DNA from: Clostridia bacterium
GTDB taxonomy: Bacteria; Bacillota; Clostridia; Christensenellales; Borkfalkiaceae
DNA length: 64,000 nucleotides
Direction: 5' to 3'
Assembly (NCBI GenBank): GCA_017471785.1
Contig: JAFURP010000039.1
Coordinates: forward strand, 6,189-70,188
In this document: piece by piece, positions 46,081 through 55,235 of the stretch
How the letters are laid out: every line of letters begins with the position of its first letter
Position numbering within the stretch: the stretch's first letter is position 1
Program-made: the position numbers and the translations under genes
Notes under the pieces: model-generated
What the model was told of the DNA's origin: nothing
What the model saw: only the letters and a program-made list of their open reading frames with translations
Database searches by the model: none

Positions 46081-48165
46081 ATGAAAACAATGAAGAAAAA
46101 AACGAAAAACTTATTACTTAGCACCGCTACTTTGGTATTATGCGGTGGCGTTGCTTGCGGTGTATCGGTATGGCAAGCGTCCGCGGATTCTATAACTTCG
46201 GAAACTTTTTATTCGGAAGGTGCGTCCGTAAAAATTACGTCTAGCGTGGACGACGCGCAAGTGCGTTTCAACGCTACTATGACGGAGGGCGTCTATAACA
46301 ACTATTTCACCGACGGCAAGGCAAATGCGGGCGTGGAAACGGGAGTTTTGGTCGTTCCCTACGATATATTCGTAAGTATGGAGAAAACGGCGGGCGAAGA
46401 TTTAACCTTGGATTTGAGCCTCGTAAGCGAGGATAGCCCCGTGCAAAAGGTGTCTACCACTTCGCTGTGGACGGATCACGCGAAAACGAGTGGCTTGAAA
46501 GAGGCGTACGCGGTGTTGCCGGCAAATGCCGTTCCGCAGGAAAGCCATAATAGACTTTTGTATTTCGTCGGTTACGTAACGGACGGCACGAACGAGTATT
46601 ATACGCAAGCGCGTAAAATTTCCATGTCGCAGGTGGCTATGAACGCACAAGAAAACAATGAGCTTGCGGCGTATCACGAAACCCTGAAAGCTACGTATAT
46701 GCATACGCATACCATCACGTATAAGGAAGCGTACGAGCGTACCGCGGAAATTCAATACGGCGAGTCCGTTTTGGAAAACACGGCGTATAGCGCAGACGCA
46801 AGCTTAAACGGCGGCTTGTATTGGGACGAGGCTTGCACCGATCCCGTGCTTTCGACCGACTACGTAACGGGCGATATGAACGTATACGTAAAGGAAAAGA
46901 ACGCGGCGGAAATCGTATCCTTTGATTACGCAAGCGATGTTGCCGACGTATATATAGCAGATGACCCGCATACTTGGGTGTCTGAATATGAAGGCGAAAC
47001 GGGTGTTATGAAAGTAGAATATTCGGGAACGGCTTGGACTCCGCAGTTTTATATTGATAATAACTTAACAAATAATACTTTGGTGGACGATTTGTCTGAA
47101 ACTTCCCCGATTATTACCGGATATTCGTCAGTATACGTTAGAATGTATATTAAAAATGATAGCTATTATACCAATTACTGGACGTACGTAACGATGAGAA
47201 ATGGCGTTGCAAATGGCAATAATGCGTATACGGATTATAAGAATTCAAACGTAGTATATAATCAATGGGTGGATTATAAGTTTGATATTAAAGCTTTGCA
47301 AGAGGGAACGGAAAGCGCTGCGAAAATTTACGGTAAGGCGGATGATATGATAGATTCGGAAACGAATACGAAAATAGCACATCCGGGGCTTTATTACGTT
47401 GCGGATATATTCGTTGCGAACGATTTAACCGTAAACGTAATGGGCGCGACGGTAGCTGGTAAATCGTTAAGCTTTACCGCTACCGATAGCGAGGGCGCGA
47501 ACGTTGATTTGACGAATGCGGATATCGCGGTGGTAGCCCCCGACGGTACGAGAACGAAGCTTACGGACGGTACGTATACGCCTACGACGCGCGGTGCGTA
47601 TACCGTAACGGTAAAAACGAACGGCTATTACGGTACGACGACCTTTAATGCGACGACGGATCCGACGGAATTGATGTCGTACGAGAGCGAGGCTGATATA
47701 GCCAAGACGACGGTTAGCGGTGCGACTACGACGAAGACTTGGTTGCCCTCGTTTACAGGAGCTGACGGCGTAACGGAAACGGGCGTATTGTTTGTATCGC
47801 ACACCGCAGGAACAAAGTGGATTCAACAATTTACGTTTACGCCGGCGCAAAGTATAACCGAGAATTCTACCATTTACGATGATTATCAGTACGTCGTATT
47901 AAAGATGTACATAGTGAAAGACGACACAAGACAAATCAACAGTTCTTGGAAATATATATTCATGAATAGCTCTGCTGCGAAATATAAAACGACGACTACC
48001 GTTCAATATAATCAATGGGTGGAATATAAGTTTGATATTTCCCGGTTGAAAGATTACGCGAGTAGCTCTACCATCAAATTCGGTGGCGAAGAAGACGGTT
48101 GGGTTTCGGGTAACCAATACTGGGGTGAATTTTACGTTGCAGGCGTATATCTTTCGAACGACTAA
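46081..48165 (+). CDS. large secreted modular protein (GASV(K/R)...RF N-terminal domain + two CBM-like modules with an Ig-like spacer)
   Basis: The start was trimmed to ATG 46081 (MKTMKKKTKNLLL..., signal peptide ending QASA). The modules end in LYYVADIFVAN and FYVAGVYLSND. The spacer APDGTRTKLTDGTYTPTTRGAYTVTVKTNGYYG matches the paralogs. Confidence 0.75.
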   Translation: MKTMKKKTKNLLLSTATLVLCGGVACGVSVWQASADSITSETFYSEGASVKITSSVDDAQVRFNATMTEGVYNNYFTDGKANAGVETGVLVVPYDIFVSMEKTAGEDLTLDLSLVSEDSPVQKVSTTSLWTDHAKTSGLKEAYAVLPANAVPQESHNRLLYFVGYVTDGTNEYYTQARKISMSQVAMNAQENNELAAYHETLKATYMHTHTITYKEAYERTAEIQYGESVLENTAYSADASLNGGLYWDEACTDPVLSTDYVTGDMNVYVKEKNAAEIVSFDYASDVADVYIADDPHTWVSEYEGETGVMKVEYSGTAWTPQFYIDNNLTNNTLVDDLSETSPIITGYSSVYVRMYIKNDSYYTNYWTYVTMRNGVANGNNAYTDYKNSNVVYNQWVDYKFDIKALQEGTESAAKIYGKADDMIDSETNTKIAHPGLYYVADIFVANDLTVNVMGATVAGKSLSFTATDSEGANVDLTNADIAVVAPDGTRTKLTDGTYTPTTRGAYTVTVKTNGYYGTTTFNATTDPTELMSYESEADIAKTTVSGATTTKTWLPSFTGADGVTETGVLFVSHTAGTKWIQQFTFTPAQSITENSTIYDDYQYVVLKMYIVKDDTRQINSSWKYIFMNSSAAKYKTTTTVQYNQWVEYKFDISRLKDYASSSTIKFGGEEDGWVSGNQYWGEFYVAGVYLSND

Positions 48166-48244
48166 CTCCTAAATATGCAAACCGTACGCCTTTCCCGTAG
48201 AAGGGAGGGGTGTACGGGGCGCAAAACTCTCAAAGAGGGATATT

Positions 48245-50110
48245 ATGAAAAAGAACAAAAAATTGTTTTGGCTTACGGCGATCGCGATAGTTGGCACTTT
48301 CGGTTTGGTCGCGTGTGAAACGACGGCTACGCCCGACGATGGGGGGAGCGTCGATACTTCGACGATCAAGCTTGCCGATTTTGACGATCAAACGGCGAGC
48401 GTATCGCTCGGGGACGAATATATTTTGCCCGCGCTCGTGAAAGACGAGGCGGGAAAGGAATACGCCGTTACTTATTCCGTTAAAACGCAGTCGGGGAAGT
48501 CGGTAGGCACGATCGACGGCGTGTTTTGGGTCGACCGTTTTGAAACGTATTCCGTGCTTTGCTCGGTGGCGTTGAGCGAAACGGATATCCGCACGCGTAC
48601 GCTCACCTTAAACGTACAGGACAAGGGCGCGCCCGAGCTTACCTTCGCTTCTTTCGAGGACGGCACGACGGGCGTGGAATATACCCTGCCGAATATTACC
48701 GTCAACGATAATTCGGGGGAAGTGATTTTACCGAACGCAAAGCTCTATAAGCTCCACGGCGCAATGCGCGGCGAGGAGGTTTCCGTAACGGAAGGGAAAT
48801 TTACGCCGAGCGAGGGCGGCTATTACTTGTACGAAGCGACGGCGATAGACGGTAGCGGAAACACGGCGACGGCTTCGGAGATATTATATTTTTGCGGCGG
48901 CGTAAAGACGACCGATCTTTTGACCTTCGACGAGCCGGAATATATGGATCGCTTAGACCTCGGCGCCAACAAAACGTCCACTTGGCTGTCCGAATACGCG
49001 GGGGAGCAGGGCGTAGCGCAAATCAGTTATATGGGTCAGGAATGGGAGCCGCAATTTAAGTTTGCGCCTATGAAAGACGTATCCAGCGCAACTTCTACGT
49101 TGCTTACTGCGTATGATAGCGTGATCGTGCGTATGTACGTCGAGCAATCGGCGCAGGTGACGAATTATTGGAAATACGTAGCGATGCGCGACGGCTCGGG
49201 TAGCGATACGAGGATAGACGGCGTCGTATATAACCGTTGGGTAGACTACCGTTTCCCCGTTTCCGCCATAACCGACGCGCAAGAATATGCGGCAAAGGTG
49301 TACGGCAGGGCGACGCAGCTGTACGAGGCGGACGGTACGACGAAGAAAAATCATAAAGGCGTGTTCTATCTTTCGGACGTTTTCGTTGCGAACGAGGCGA
49401 CGGTAAGCGTTTCGGGAAATTTGCAATCGGGGGCAACGCTTTCGATCGGCGCGGAATACGCCGGAAACGGTGTGGATCTATCGCACGCCGATATTACGGT
49501 GATCACGCCCGAGGGTGCGTCCGTCAAGCTCACGAACGCGCAATATACGCCCACCTCACGCGGTAAATATACGGTATACGTAAAAGCGGACGGATATTGG
49601 GGAACGGCGGAGTTTGATATTACGGGCGTAGAGAGAGCCGACGAATTGATCTCCTTCGATTACGCCGGCGATCTATCCTACGTGGAAAACAGCGCCGCGC
49701 GCGAGGAATCTTGGATATCGTCCTTTGCAGGCGAGCAAGGCGTGTTCAGGACGGAATACGTGACGAGCGGAAATTGGGTGATGCAATTTACGTTTAAGCC
49801 CTTACAGGATATTTCGGAAAGCGCGTCCATTTACGACGATTATAACTACGTCGTTTTGAAGATGTATATCGTGCAAAACGAAACGTATCAAAGCAATTGG
49901 CAGTACGTATTCATCAATACGTCTTCCACCTCGTATCATTCTCCTACGGCGGTGCAAACGAATACTTGGGTGGAATACAAATTCGATATAGACCTGTTAA
50001 AGTATAACGCGGAAAAGATCAAGTTCGGCGGAAAAGAGGTTTCCACGCCCACGGACGGTAGCGAGCAAAAGGGCTTGTTCTACGTGGCGGATATATCGTT
50101 GGCTGTATAA
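48245..50110 (+). CDS. large modular surface lipoprotein (paralog of 43258..45819)
   Basis: 621 aa with a lipobox (GLVAC). The N-terminal Ig-like region aligns with the 43258 product (EYAVTYSVKTQSGKSVG...TRTLTLNVQDKGAPELTF vs DYEVTYAVKTASDKAVS...TRTITVKVKDEGAPVITF). The modules end in VFYLSDVFVAN and LFYVADISLAV. Confidence 0.75.
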   Translation: MKKNKKLFWLTAIAIVGTFGLVACETTATPDDGGSVDTSTIKLADFDDQTASVSLGDEYILPALVKDEAGKEYAVTYSVKTQSGKSVGTIDGVFWVDRFETYSVLCSVALSETDIRTRTLTLNVQDKGAPELTFASFEDGTTGVEYTLPNITVNDNSGEVILPNAKLYKLHGAMRGEEVSVTEGKFTPSEGGYYLYEATAIDGSGNTATASEILYFCGGVKTTDLLTFDEPEYMDRLDLGANKTSTWLSEYAGEQGVAQISYMGQEWEPQFKFAPMKDVSSATSTLLTAYDSVIVRMYVEQSAQVTNYWKYVAMRDGSGSDTRIDGVVYNRWVDYRFPVSAITDAQEYAAKVYGRATQLYEADGTTKKNHKGVFYLSDVFVANEATVSVSGNLQSGATLSIGAEYAGNGVDLSHADITVITPEGASVKLTNAQYTPTSRGKYTVYVKADGYWGTAEFDITGVERADELISFDYAGDLSYVENSAAREESWISSFAGEQGVFRTEYVTSGNWVMQFTFKPLQDISESASIYDDYNYVVLKMYIVQNETYQSNWQYVFINTSSTSYHSPTAVQTNTWVEYKFDIDLLKYNAEKIKFGGKEVSTPTDGSEQKGLFYVADISLAV

Positions 50111-50124
50111 AAAAGGAGTGCGTT

Positions 50125-50961
50125 ATGAAGTTTAGATTTTTGGGTACGGCGGCAGCCGAGGGATTTCCCGCGGTGTTTTGTCGCTGTCAAGCGTGCGAGG
50201 ACGCGCGCCGTTTGCGCGGAAAAAACGTTCGCACGCGTGCACAGGCTTTGATCAACGACGATCTTTTGATCGATTTTTCGTCGGATACCTATTCGCACGC
50301 ATTGCAAAACCGTTTGCGGTTGGACGAGGTGAAATATATTTTCATCACTCATTCGCATATGGACCATTGTGCAATGATCGATTTGCAAATGCGCGGCGGC
50401 GCGTTCGCACACGATATGCAAGAGCCTCTCGTTACCGTTCACGGTAACGAGGGCGTGCAAAAGCATTACGAAAGCGTATACGAGGGTATGCACCCGTTGA
50501 TCCGTGCAAGTTATCAATTTCAATCGATCAAAGCTTACGAAACGGTGAAAGCAGGGGATTACGAAGTGATCCCTCTACCGGCACGGCATATGTCGACGGA
50601 AACGCCGTTTATTTACGTGATTGAATATCAAGGCAAACGGATTTTCTATTGCTTGGATACGGGATATCCGTATGAAGAGGTCTTTGCTTTTTTGAAAGCA
50701 AGCGGCTATCGTTTCGATATGGTCGCTTTGGATTGTACGATCGTGGACAATCCTTGTAAGGAAACGGCGACGCATATGAACGGCGAGCTTTGCGTGCGCG
50801 TAGTGGAACAACTGCGCGAAAACGGCAATATCGACGATGAAACGAAGCTGTTCGTCACGCATTTTTCCCACAACGGCAACCCGTTGCAGGAGCGTTTGGA
50901 GACGATGTTCGCGCCGCACGGTATGGCGGTAGCGTACGACGGCTTGGAGGTCGAAATTTGA
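50125..50961 (+). CDS. MBL-fold metallo-hydrolase, PhnP-like phosphodiesterase type
   Basis: N-terminus FLGTAAAEGFP with a Cys cluster CRCQAC, the HxHxDH motif (THSHMDH), and a later histidine (THFSH). Confidence 0.75.
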   Translation: MKFRFLGTAAAEGFPAVFCRCQACEDARRLRGKNVRTRAQALINDDLLIDFSSDTYSHALQNRLRLDEVKYIFITHSHMDHCAMIDLQMRGGAFAHDMQEPLVTVHGNEGVQKHYESVYEGMHPLIRASYQFQSIKAYETVKAGDYEVIPLPARHMSTETPFIYVIEYQGKRIFYCLDTGYPYEEVFAFLKASGYRFDMVALDCTIVDNPCKETATHMNGELCVRVVEQLRENGNIDDETKLFVTHFSHNGNPLQERLETMFAPHGMAVAYDGLEVEI

Positions 50962-52205
50962 AGATAGCACGATACGAAAAAACGCACGAATATATCAAAG
51001 CTTCTTGGAAAAAAGCGGTCAAGAAGCGCGATTGTGACCAAAATTTCGTTATGCCCTACGATTATATTCCGCCTTGCGTAGACGGCGCGTTTACCAGCCT
51101 GTTTTATTGGGATACCTATTTCACCAATTTGGGATTATACGACGACGATTTTGGAGAGTACGCTTTCAACAATATCGAGGATTTGAAGTTTTGCTTGCGT
51201 AAGTTCGGTTGCGTACCCAATACGTGTCGCGCAAACGGCGCTATGCACGCAAGTCAGCCGCCGCTACTGTTCTTGATGGTCGAGGACTATTTCGATTATT
51301 CTTTGGACGCGGAATGGTTGCGGGACAGTTATGCGGCGTTGGAAACGGAATATGCGTTTTGGCAAACGAAGCGTATCGCGCCCAACGGATTGAACCGTTA
51401 TTGGCGCAATTACGACTGTGAAACGCTCGGTGCGGACGAGGGCTGGACCAAATGGTACGCCCGTCGTCACGGCGAACGCATTTTAACGCTTTCTACGGCG
51501 GAAAAGATCGAGCTGCAAACGCAAAAGACCGCGGAGGGCGAGGGCGGCGAAGATCACACGCCCCGTTACGGCGGCAAAGCGGCTGACGTAAATCCTATCG
51601 ATCTGAACGGCTATCTTTACGGCTTTGAAAAGACGATGGCGCGGTTTGCCGCTATTTTGGAAAACGGCGAGGAAAAGCTTTGGAAGGCCCGCGCGGAAAA
51701 ACGGCTGGCGCTGCTTAACGAGTATTGCTACGATCCGCAAACGGGCGTATATTTTGATTATAATTATAAAACGGGCAAGAGGACGGGGATATATTGCAGC
51801 GCGTGCTATATTCCGTTCGTATTCGGCATTACAAAGGACAGAAAAGCGTTGGCTAAAATAAACGAACGACTTATCCACCGTCACGGCGTTTCACCTTGTC
51901 AGATCATGCCGCCCGACGGCGACGTGTATCAATGGGGATATCCGAATACTTGGGCGCCGAATAACTGGTGGGCGTATATCGCCAATACGCGTGCCGGCAA
52001 CGAAGAAACGGCGCAAAACGTTGTTAGGGCGTATTTGGATACCGTTTCCTCCGAGTTTGAAAAAAGCGGTAAGTTATACGAGAAATACGACGCCGTGGTG
52101 GGCGGAAAAGCAACGGTAAACGAGTACGGCGTACCCGAAATGCTTGGTTGGACGGCGGGGGTGTTCAGTCGGTTTTTAAGCTCCGTGCTGATTAAAGAAA
52201 AGTAG
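50958..52205 (+). CDS. GH37-like (trehalase-family) cytoplasmic glycosidase
   Basis: The TTG start overlaps the previous stop. LFYWDTYFTNLGL, SQPPLL and YQWGYPNTWAPNNWW resemble the two trehalase signatures. There is no signal peptide, and at 415 aa it is shorter than classical trehalases. Confidence 0.65.
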   Translation: MKIARYEKTHEYIKASWKKAVKKRDCDQNFVMPYDYIPPCVDGAFTSLFYWDTYFTNLGLYDDDFGEYAFNNIEDLKFCLRKFGCVPNTCRANGAMHASQPPLLFLMVEDYFDYSLDAEWLRDSYAALETEYAFWQTKRIAPNGLNRYWRNYDCETLGADEGWTKWYARRHGERILTLSTAEKIELQTQKTAEGEGGEDHTPRYGGKAADVNPIDLNGYLYGFEKTMARFAAILENGEEKLWKARAEKRLALLNEYCYDPQTGVYFDYNYKTGKRTGIYCSACYIPFVFGITKDRKALAKINERLIHRHGVSPCQIMPPDGDVYQWGYPNTWAPNNWWAYIANTRAGNEETAQNVVRAYLDTVSSEFEKSGKLYEKYDAVVGGKATVNEYGVPEMLGWTAGVFSRFLSSVLIKEK

Positions 52206-52216
52206 AGGTAAACGTT

Positions 52217-53488
52217 ATGGGAAATAAAATATATACGGTGGCGATCTTGGGCGTAGGCGGTCGCGGCGGTGACACCTACGGACAGCTTTTGAAAACCGAA
52301 CGGGAGCGCTTTCAAATCGTTTCGCTATGCGATATAAGACCCGAGCGTTTGACTCGTTTCGGGGAAATATTGGGAGTAGACGGTTCGGGCTTATTCGCGG
52401 ACGAAAAGGAGTTTTTTCTTAAAAAGCGTGCGGATCTGCTCGTGATCGCCACGCAGGACGCGGACCATATCCGTCACGCACGTAAAGCGTTTGAGCTCGG
52501 TTACGATATCTTGCTTGAAAAACCGATCACGGATAAGCGCGCGGAATGTGAGGAGCTTCTTGCTACGCAAAGGAAATATGGCGGTAAGGCGCTAGTTTGT
52601 CACGTGCTCCGCTACGCGCCTGCATTCTTGAAAGCCGCGGAGATTATCGATAGCGGCGAGATCGGCAGCTTGGTCGCGATCAACGCTTTGGAACGGGTGT
52701 CGTTTTGGCATCAAGCGCATAGCTACGTTCGAGGGAATTGGCGTACGGAAAAGACCGCCGCGCCGATGATCCTTGCCAAATGTTGCCACGATTTGGATCT
52801 TTTGCAATGGTATGCGAGATCCGCTTGCAAAAGCGTTTCGTCCGTTGGCGGGTTGACGTTTTTCACGGCGGAGAACGCTCCGAGCGATAGTGCTGAGCGG
52901 TGCGTGGACTGTAAGCGCGTAGACAATTGTCCGTATAGCGCGAAAAGGATATACGTAACCAATTGGGAAGAGATGGGTCGCGTTGCGGATATTTGGCCGC
53001 ATAACATCATCGCTCCCGCGCCGCTTACGAAGGAAAGCCTGCAAAAGGCGATCGAAACGGGTCCGTACGGCAGGTGCGTATTCGGCTGCGACAACGACGT
53101 CGTCGATCATCAAATCGTGACGATGGAATTTGAAAACGGCGTAAAAGCAGAGCTGACGATGACCGCGTTCACGCGCGACGGCGGTAGGCGGTATCATTTC
53201 TTCGGTACGTACGGGGAGCTTATCTTGGATATGCAAGAAAAGCGGTTGCGCGTTAATAAATACAGTTCGAAAGCGGATTGTTACGAGATCAAGATAGACG
53301 AGTTGGTCGAGAACGGCTACGGGCACGGAGGAGGCGATAAACGCCTGATCGATTCGCTATACGATATGTTAGAAGGGAGGACGGCGAGCGAAACCTCTTT
53401 GCAGGCTTCCGTTGAAAGCCATTTGATAGGAATATGCGCGGAGGAGTCCCGTAAAAAGGGCGGGGAGAAAATATCGATACGTATTTGA
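52217..53488 (+). CDS. Gfo/Idh/MocA-family oxidoreductase
   Basis: Rossmann N-terminus VAILGVGGRGG. The EKP motif (LLEKPI) is present, along with a Cys-rich insert (CVDCKRVDNCPY). Confidence 0.8.
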   Translation: MGNKIYTVAILGVGGRGGDTYGQLLKTERERFQIVSLCDIRPERLTRFGEILGVDGSGLFADEKEFFLKKRADLLVIATQDADHIRHARKAFELGYDILLEKPITDKRAECEELLATQRKYGGKALVCHVLRYAPAFLKAAEIIDSGEIGSLVAINALERVSFWHQAHSYVRGNWRTEKTAAPMILAKCCHDLDLLQWYARSACKSVSSVGGLTFFTAENAPSDSAERCVDCKRVDNCPYSAKRIYVTNWEEMGRVADIWPHNIIAPAPLTKESLQKAIETGPYGRCVFGCDNDVVDHQIVTMEFENGVKAELTMTAFTRDGGRRYHFFGTYGELILDMQEKRLRVNKYSSKADCYEIKIDELVENGYGHGGGDKRLIDSLYDMLEGRTASETSLQASVESHLIGICAEESRKKGGEKISIRI

Positions 53489-53500
53489 CGTTAAAAATAA

Positions 53501-53536
53501 GCAAAAGGGCATACCAAACGGTATGCCTTTTTTGCT
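53501..53536 (+). terminator. rho-independent terminator ending the glycan locus
   Basis: GGGCATACC-AAAC-GGTATGCCT stem followed by TTTTT. Confidence 0.8.
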
Positions 53537-53680
53537 GCAATTATACTATTTTATAGGCTTTATAATTCGGCAAGATAGTACAAAAAGCAAGCAAGTTATT
53601 GCATTGTATTTTGGCGTTCGGCGTGATAAAATTTCTTTGCAAGTGAAAAAATTCACGACAGGAGCAAAAGGAGAAAAAAG

Positions 53681-55054
53681 ATGAAAACGAGAAAAGAAAG
53701 CGATTCTATCGGCGTATTGGAAGTGCCTGAAAAAGCCTATTACGGCGTGCAAACGCTACGAGGGTTTGAAAATTTTCAAATTTCGGGCGTGAAGATGAAC
53801 TACGCGTTCATTAAAAACATAACGCGTATTAAAAAAGTAGCGGCGCAGGTGAACGGCGCGCACGGGTACGTAGATCAAAAGACGGCGGCCGCCATCATCA
53901 CCGCTTGCGAAGAGGTCTTGCAGGGCAAATGGGCGGACGCGTTTATCACCGACGCCATTCAAGGAGGCGCAGGTACTACGGTAAACATGAACGTAAACGA
54001 GGTCATCGCCAACCGTGCGACCGAGCTTTTGGGCGGCGAGAAGGGAGAGTATCTTTGCCATCCCAACGACCACGTAAATTATTCGCAATCGACGAACGAC
54101 GTCATTCCCTCGGCAGGGAAGCTGACGGTGCTTGAGCTGTCGGAAACGTTGTTGGAGAATTTAGGGGATCTGATCGCCGCTTTGGAGGATAAGGCGCGTG
54201 AATTCGACGGCATTATCAAGATGGGCAGGACGCAATTGGAGGACGCCGTTCCCATTCGTTTGGGACAGGAGTTCAACGCGTACGCTTCCGCGTTGAAACG
54301 GGATTGCAAGCGCATCAAAGAGGACCTGAAAGAAATGCATATTCTCAACCTCGGCGGTACGGCGATCGGTACTTCGGTGAACGTAGGCAAAGAATATTTG
54401 GACAATATCGTTGCGGAATTGTCCGCGGAGTGCGGAAAGGAATTGAGAAAAGCGGAGGACCTTATCGATTCCACGCAAAACGTAGACGGGTTCGTGTCCG
54501 TATCGGGAAGCTTAAAGGCTTGTGCGGTAAACTTGTCGAAAATGAGCAACGATCTACGGCTGATGTCAAGCGGACCGAAAACGGGACTTGGGGAAATTAC
54601 CTTGCCTGCAAAGCAAAACGGCTCTTCGATCATGCCCGGGAAGGTCAATCCCGTTATTCCCGAGGTCGTGTCGCAGGTGGCGTTTTTGGTGATCGGGAAC
54701 GATATGACGATCGCGATGGCGGCGGAGGGTGGACAGCTGGAGCTCAACGCGTTCGAGCCCGTTATCTTCTATAAATTGTTCGAATCGCTCGTGTGCTTAT
54801 CCAACGCGGTGAAAACGCTGACGGTGAACTGTATCGTGGGGATCACGGCGAACAGGGAGCATTGCGAGGAATTGGTGTACGGTAGCGTGGGCGTCGTAAC
54901 GGCGCTGTGTCCCTACTTAGGATATAAAAAATCCGCCGAGCTTGCCAAGGAAGCGTTGGCGAAAAATATCAAGATCAAGGATTTGATCTTGTGGTACGGG
55001 CTGATGGATAGAGAGCAATTGGATAAAATTCTCGACCCGTATTCGATGACTTAA
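53681..55054 (+). CDS. aspA: aspartate ammonia-lyase
   Basis: Fumarate-lyase superfamily signature GSSIMPGKVNPVIPE. The NPV(I/V)PE form is the aspartase variant rather than the fumarase NPTQCE. The N-terminus is DSIGVLEVPEKAYYGVQTLRGFENF. Confidence 0.85.
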   Translation: MKTRKESDSIGVLEVPEKAYYGVQTLRGFENFQISGVKMNYAFIKNITRIKKVAAQVNGAHGYVDQKTAAAIITACEEVLQGKWADAFITDAIQGGAGTTVNMNVNEVIANRATELLGGEKGEYLCHPNDHVNYSQSTNDVIPSAGKLTVLELSETLLENLGDLIAALEDKAREFDGIIKMGRTQLEDAVPIRLGQEFNAYASALKRDCKRIKEDLKEMHILNLGGTAIGTSVNVGKEYLDNIVAELSAECGKELRKAEDLIDSTQNVDGFVSVSGSLKACAVNLSKMSNDLRLMSSGPKTGLGEITLPAKQNGSSIMPGKVNPVIPEVVSQVAFLVIGNDMTIAMAAEGGQLELNAFEPVIFYKLFESLVCLSNAVKTLTVNCIVGITANREHCEELVYGSVGVVTALCPYLGYKKSAELAKEALAKNIKIKDLILWYGLMDREQLDKILDPYSMT

Positions 55055-55062
55055 AAGAATAT

Positions 55063-55100
55063 AAGCCGCTATGCAAATCGTTGCAAAGCGGCTTTATTTA
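55063..55100 (+). terminator. rho-independent terminator after aspA
   Basis: AAGCCGCT ... AGCGGCTT stem with an internal TGCA/TGCA pairing, followed by TATTTAT. Confidence 0.6.
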
Positions 55101-55159
55101 TAGGCGAAAAGCGACGTTTATATAGTAAAAATTTTACGGTTTTATGTCAATAAAAACCA

Positions 55160-55188
55160 TTGAAAAAACATTGGCGGCGTGTTATAAT
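55160..55188 (+). promoter_or_regulatory. sigma-A type promoter of the GH35 gene
   Basis: TTGAAA (55160-55165), 17 nt, TATAAT (55183-55188), with a TGn extended -10. Confidence 0.5.
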
Positions 55189-55235
55189 TTATAAAATACC
55201 GTATAGGCGCGTATTATGAATGAGGAGAAGGCGTT

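Noticed and set aside
30764-53488. A genomic island integrated at tRNA-Gln.
   Set aside because: There is no integrase, recombinase, transposase or phage gene anywhere in the region. I found no direct repeat of the tRNA 3' end downstream. Composition looks the same as the flanks. The locus may still be accessory, but there is no mobility signature.
53537-53680. A riboswitch or leader upstream of aspA. The gaps before the GH35 gene (55101..55235) and fakA (57587..57689) were examined for the same reason.
   Set aside because: Only promoter-like hexamers and very short hairpins are visible, and nothing resembles a known riboswitch core. An Rfam scan would be needed to be certain.
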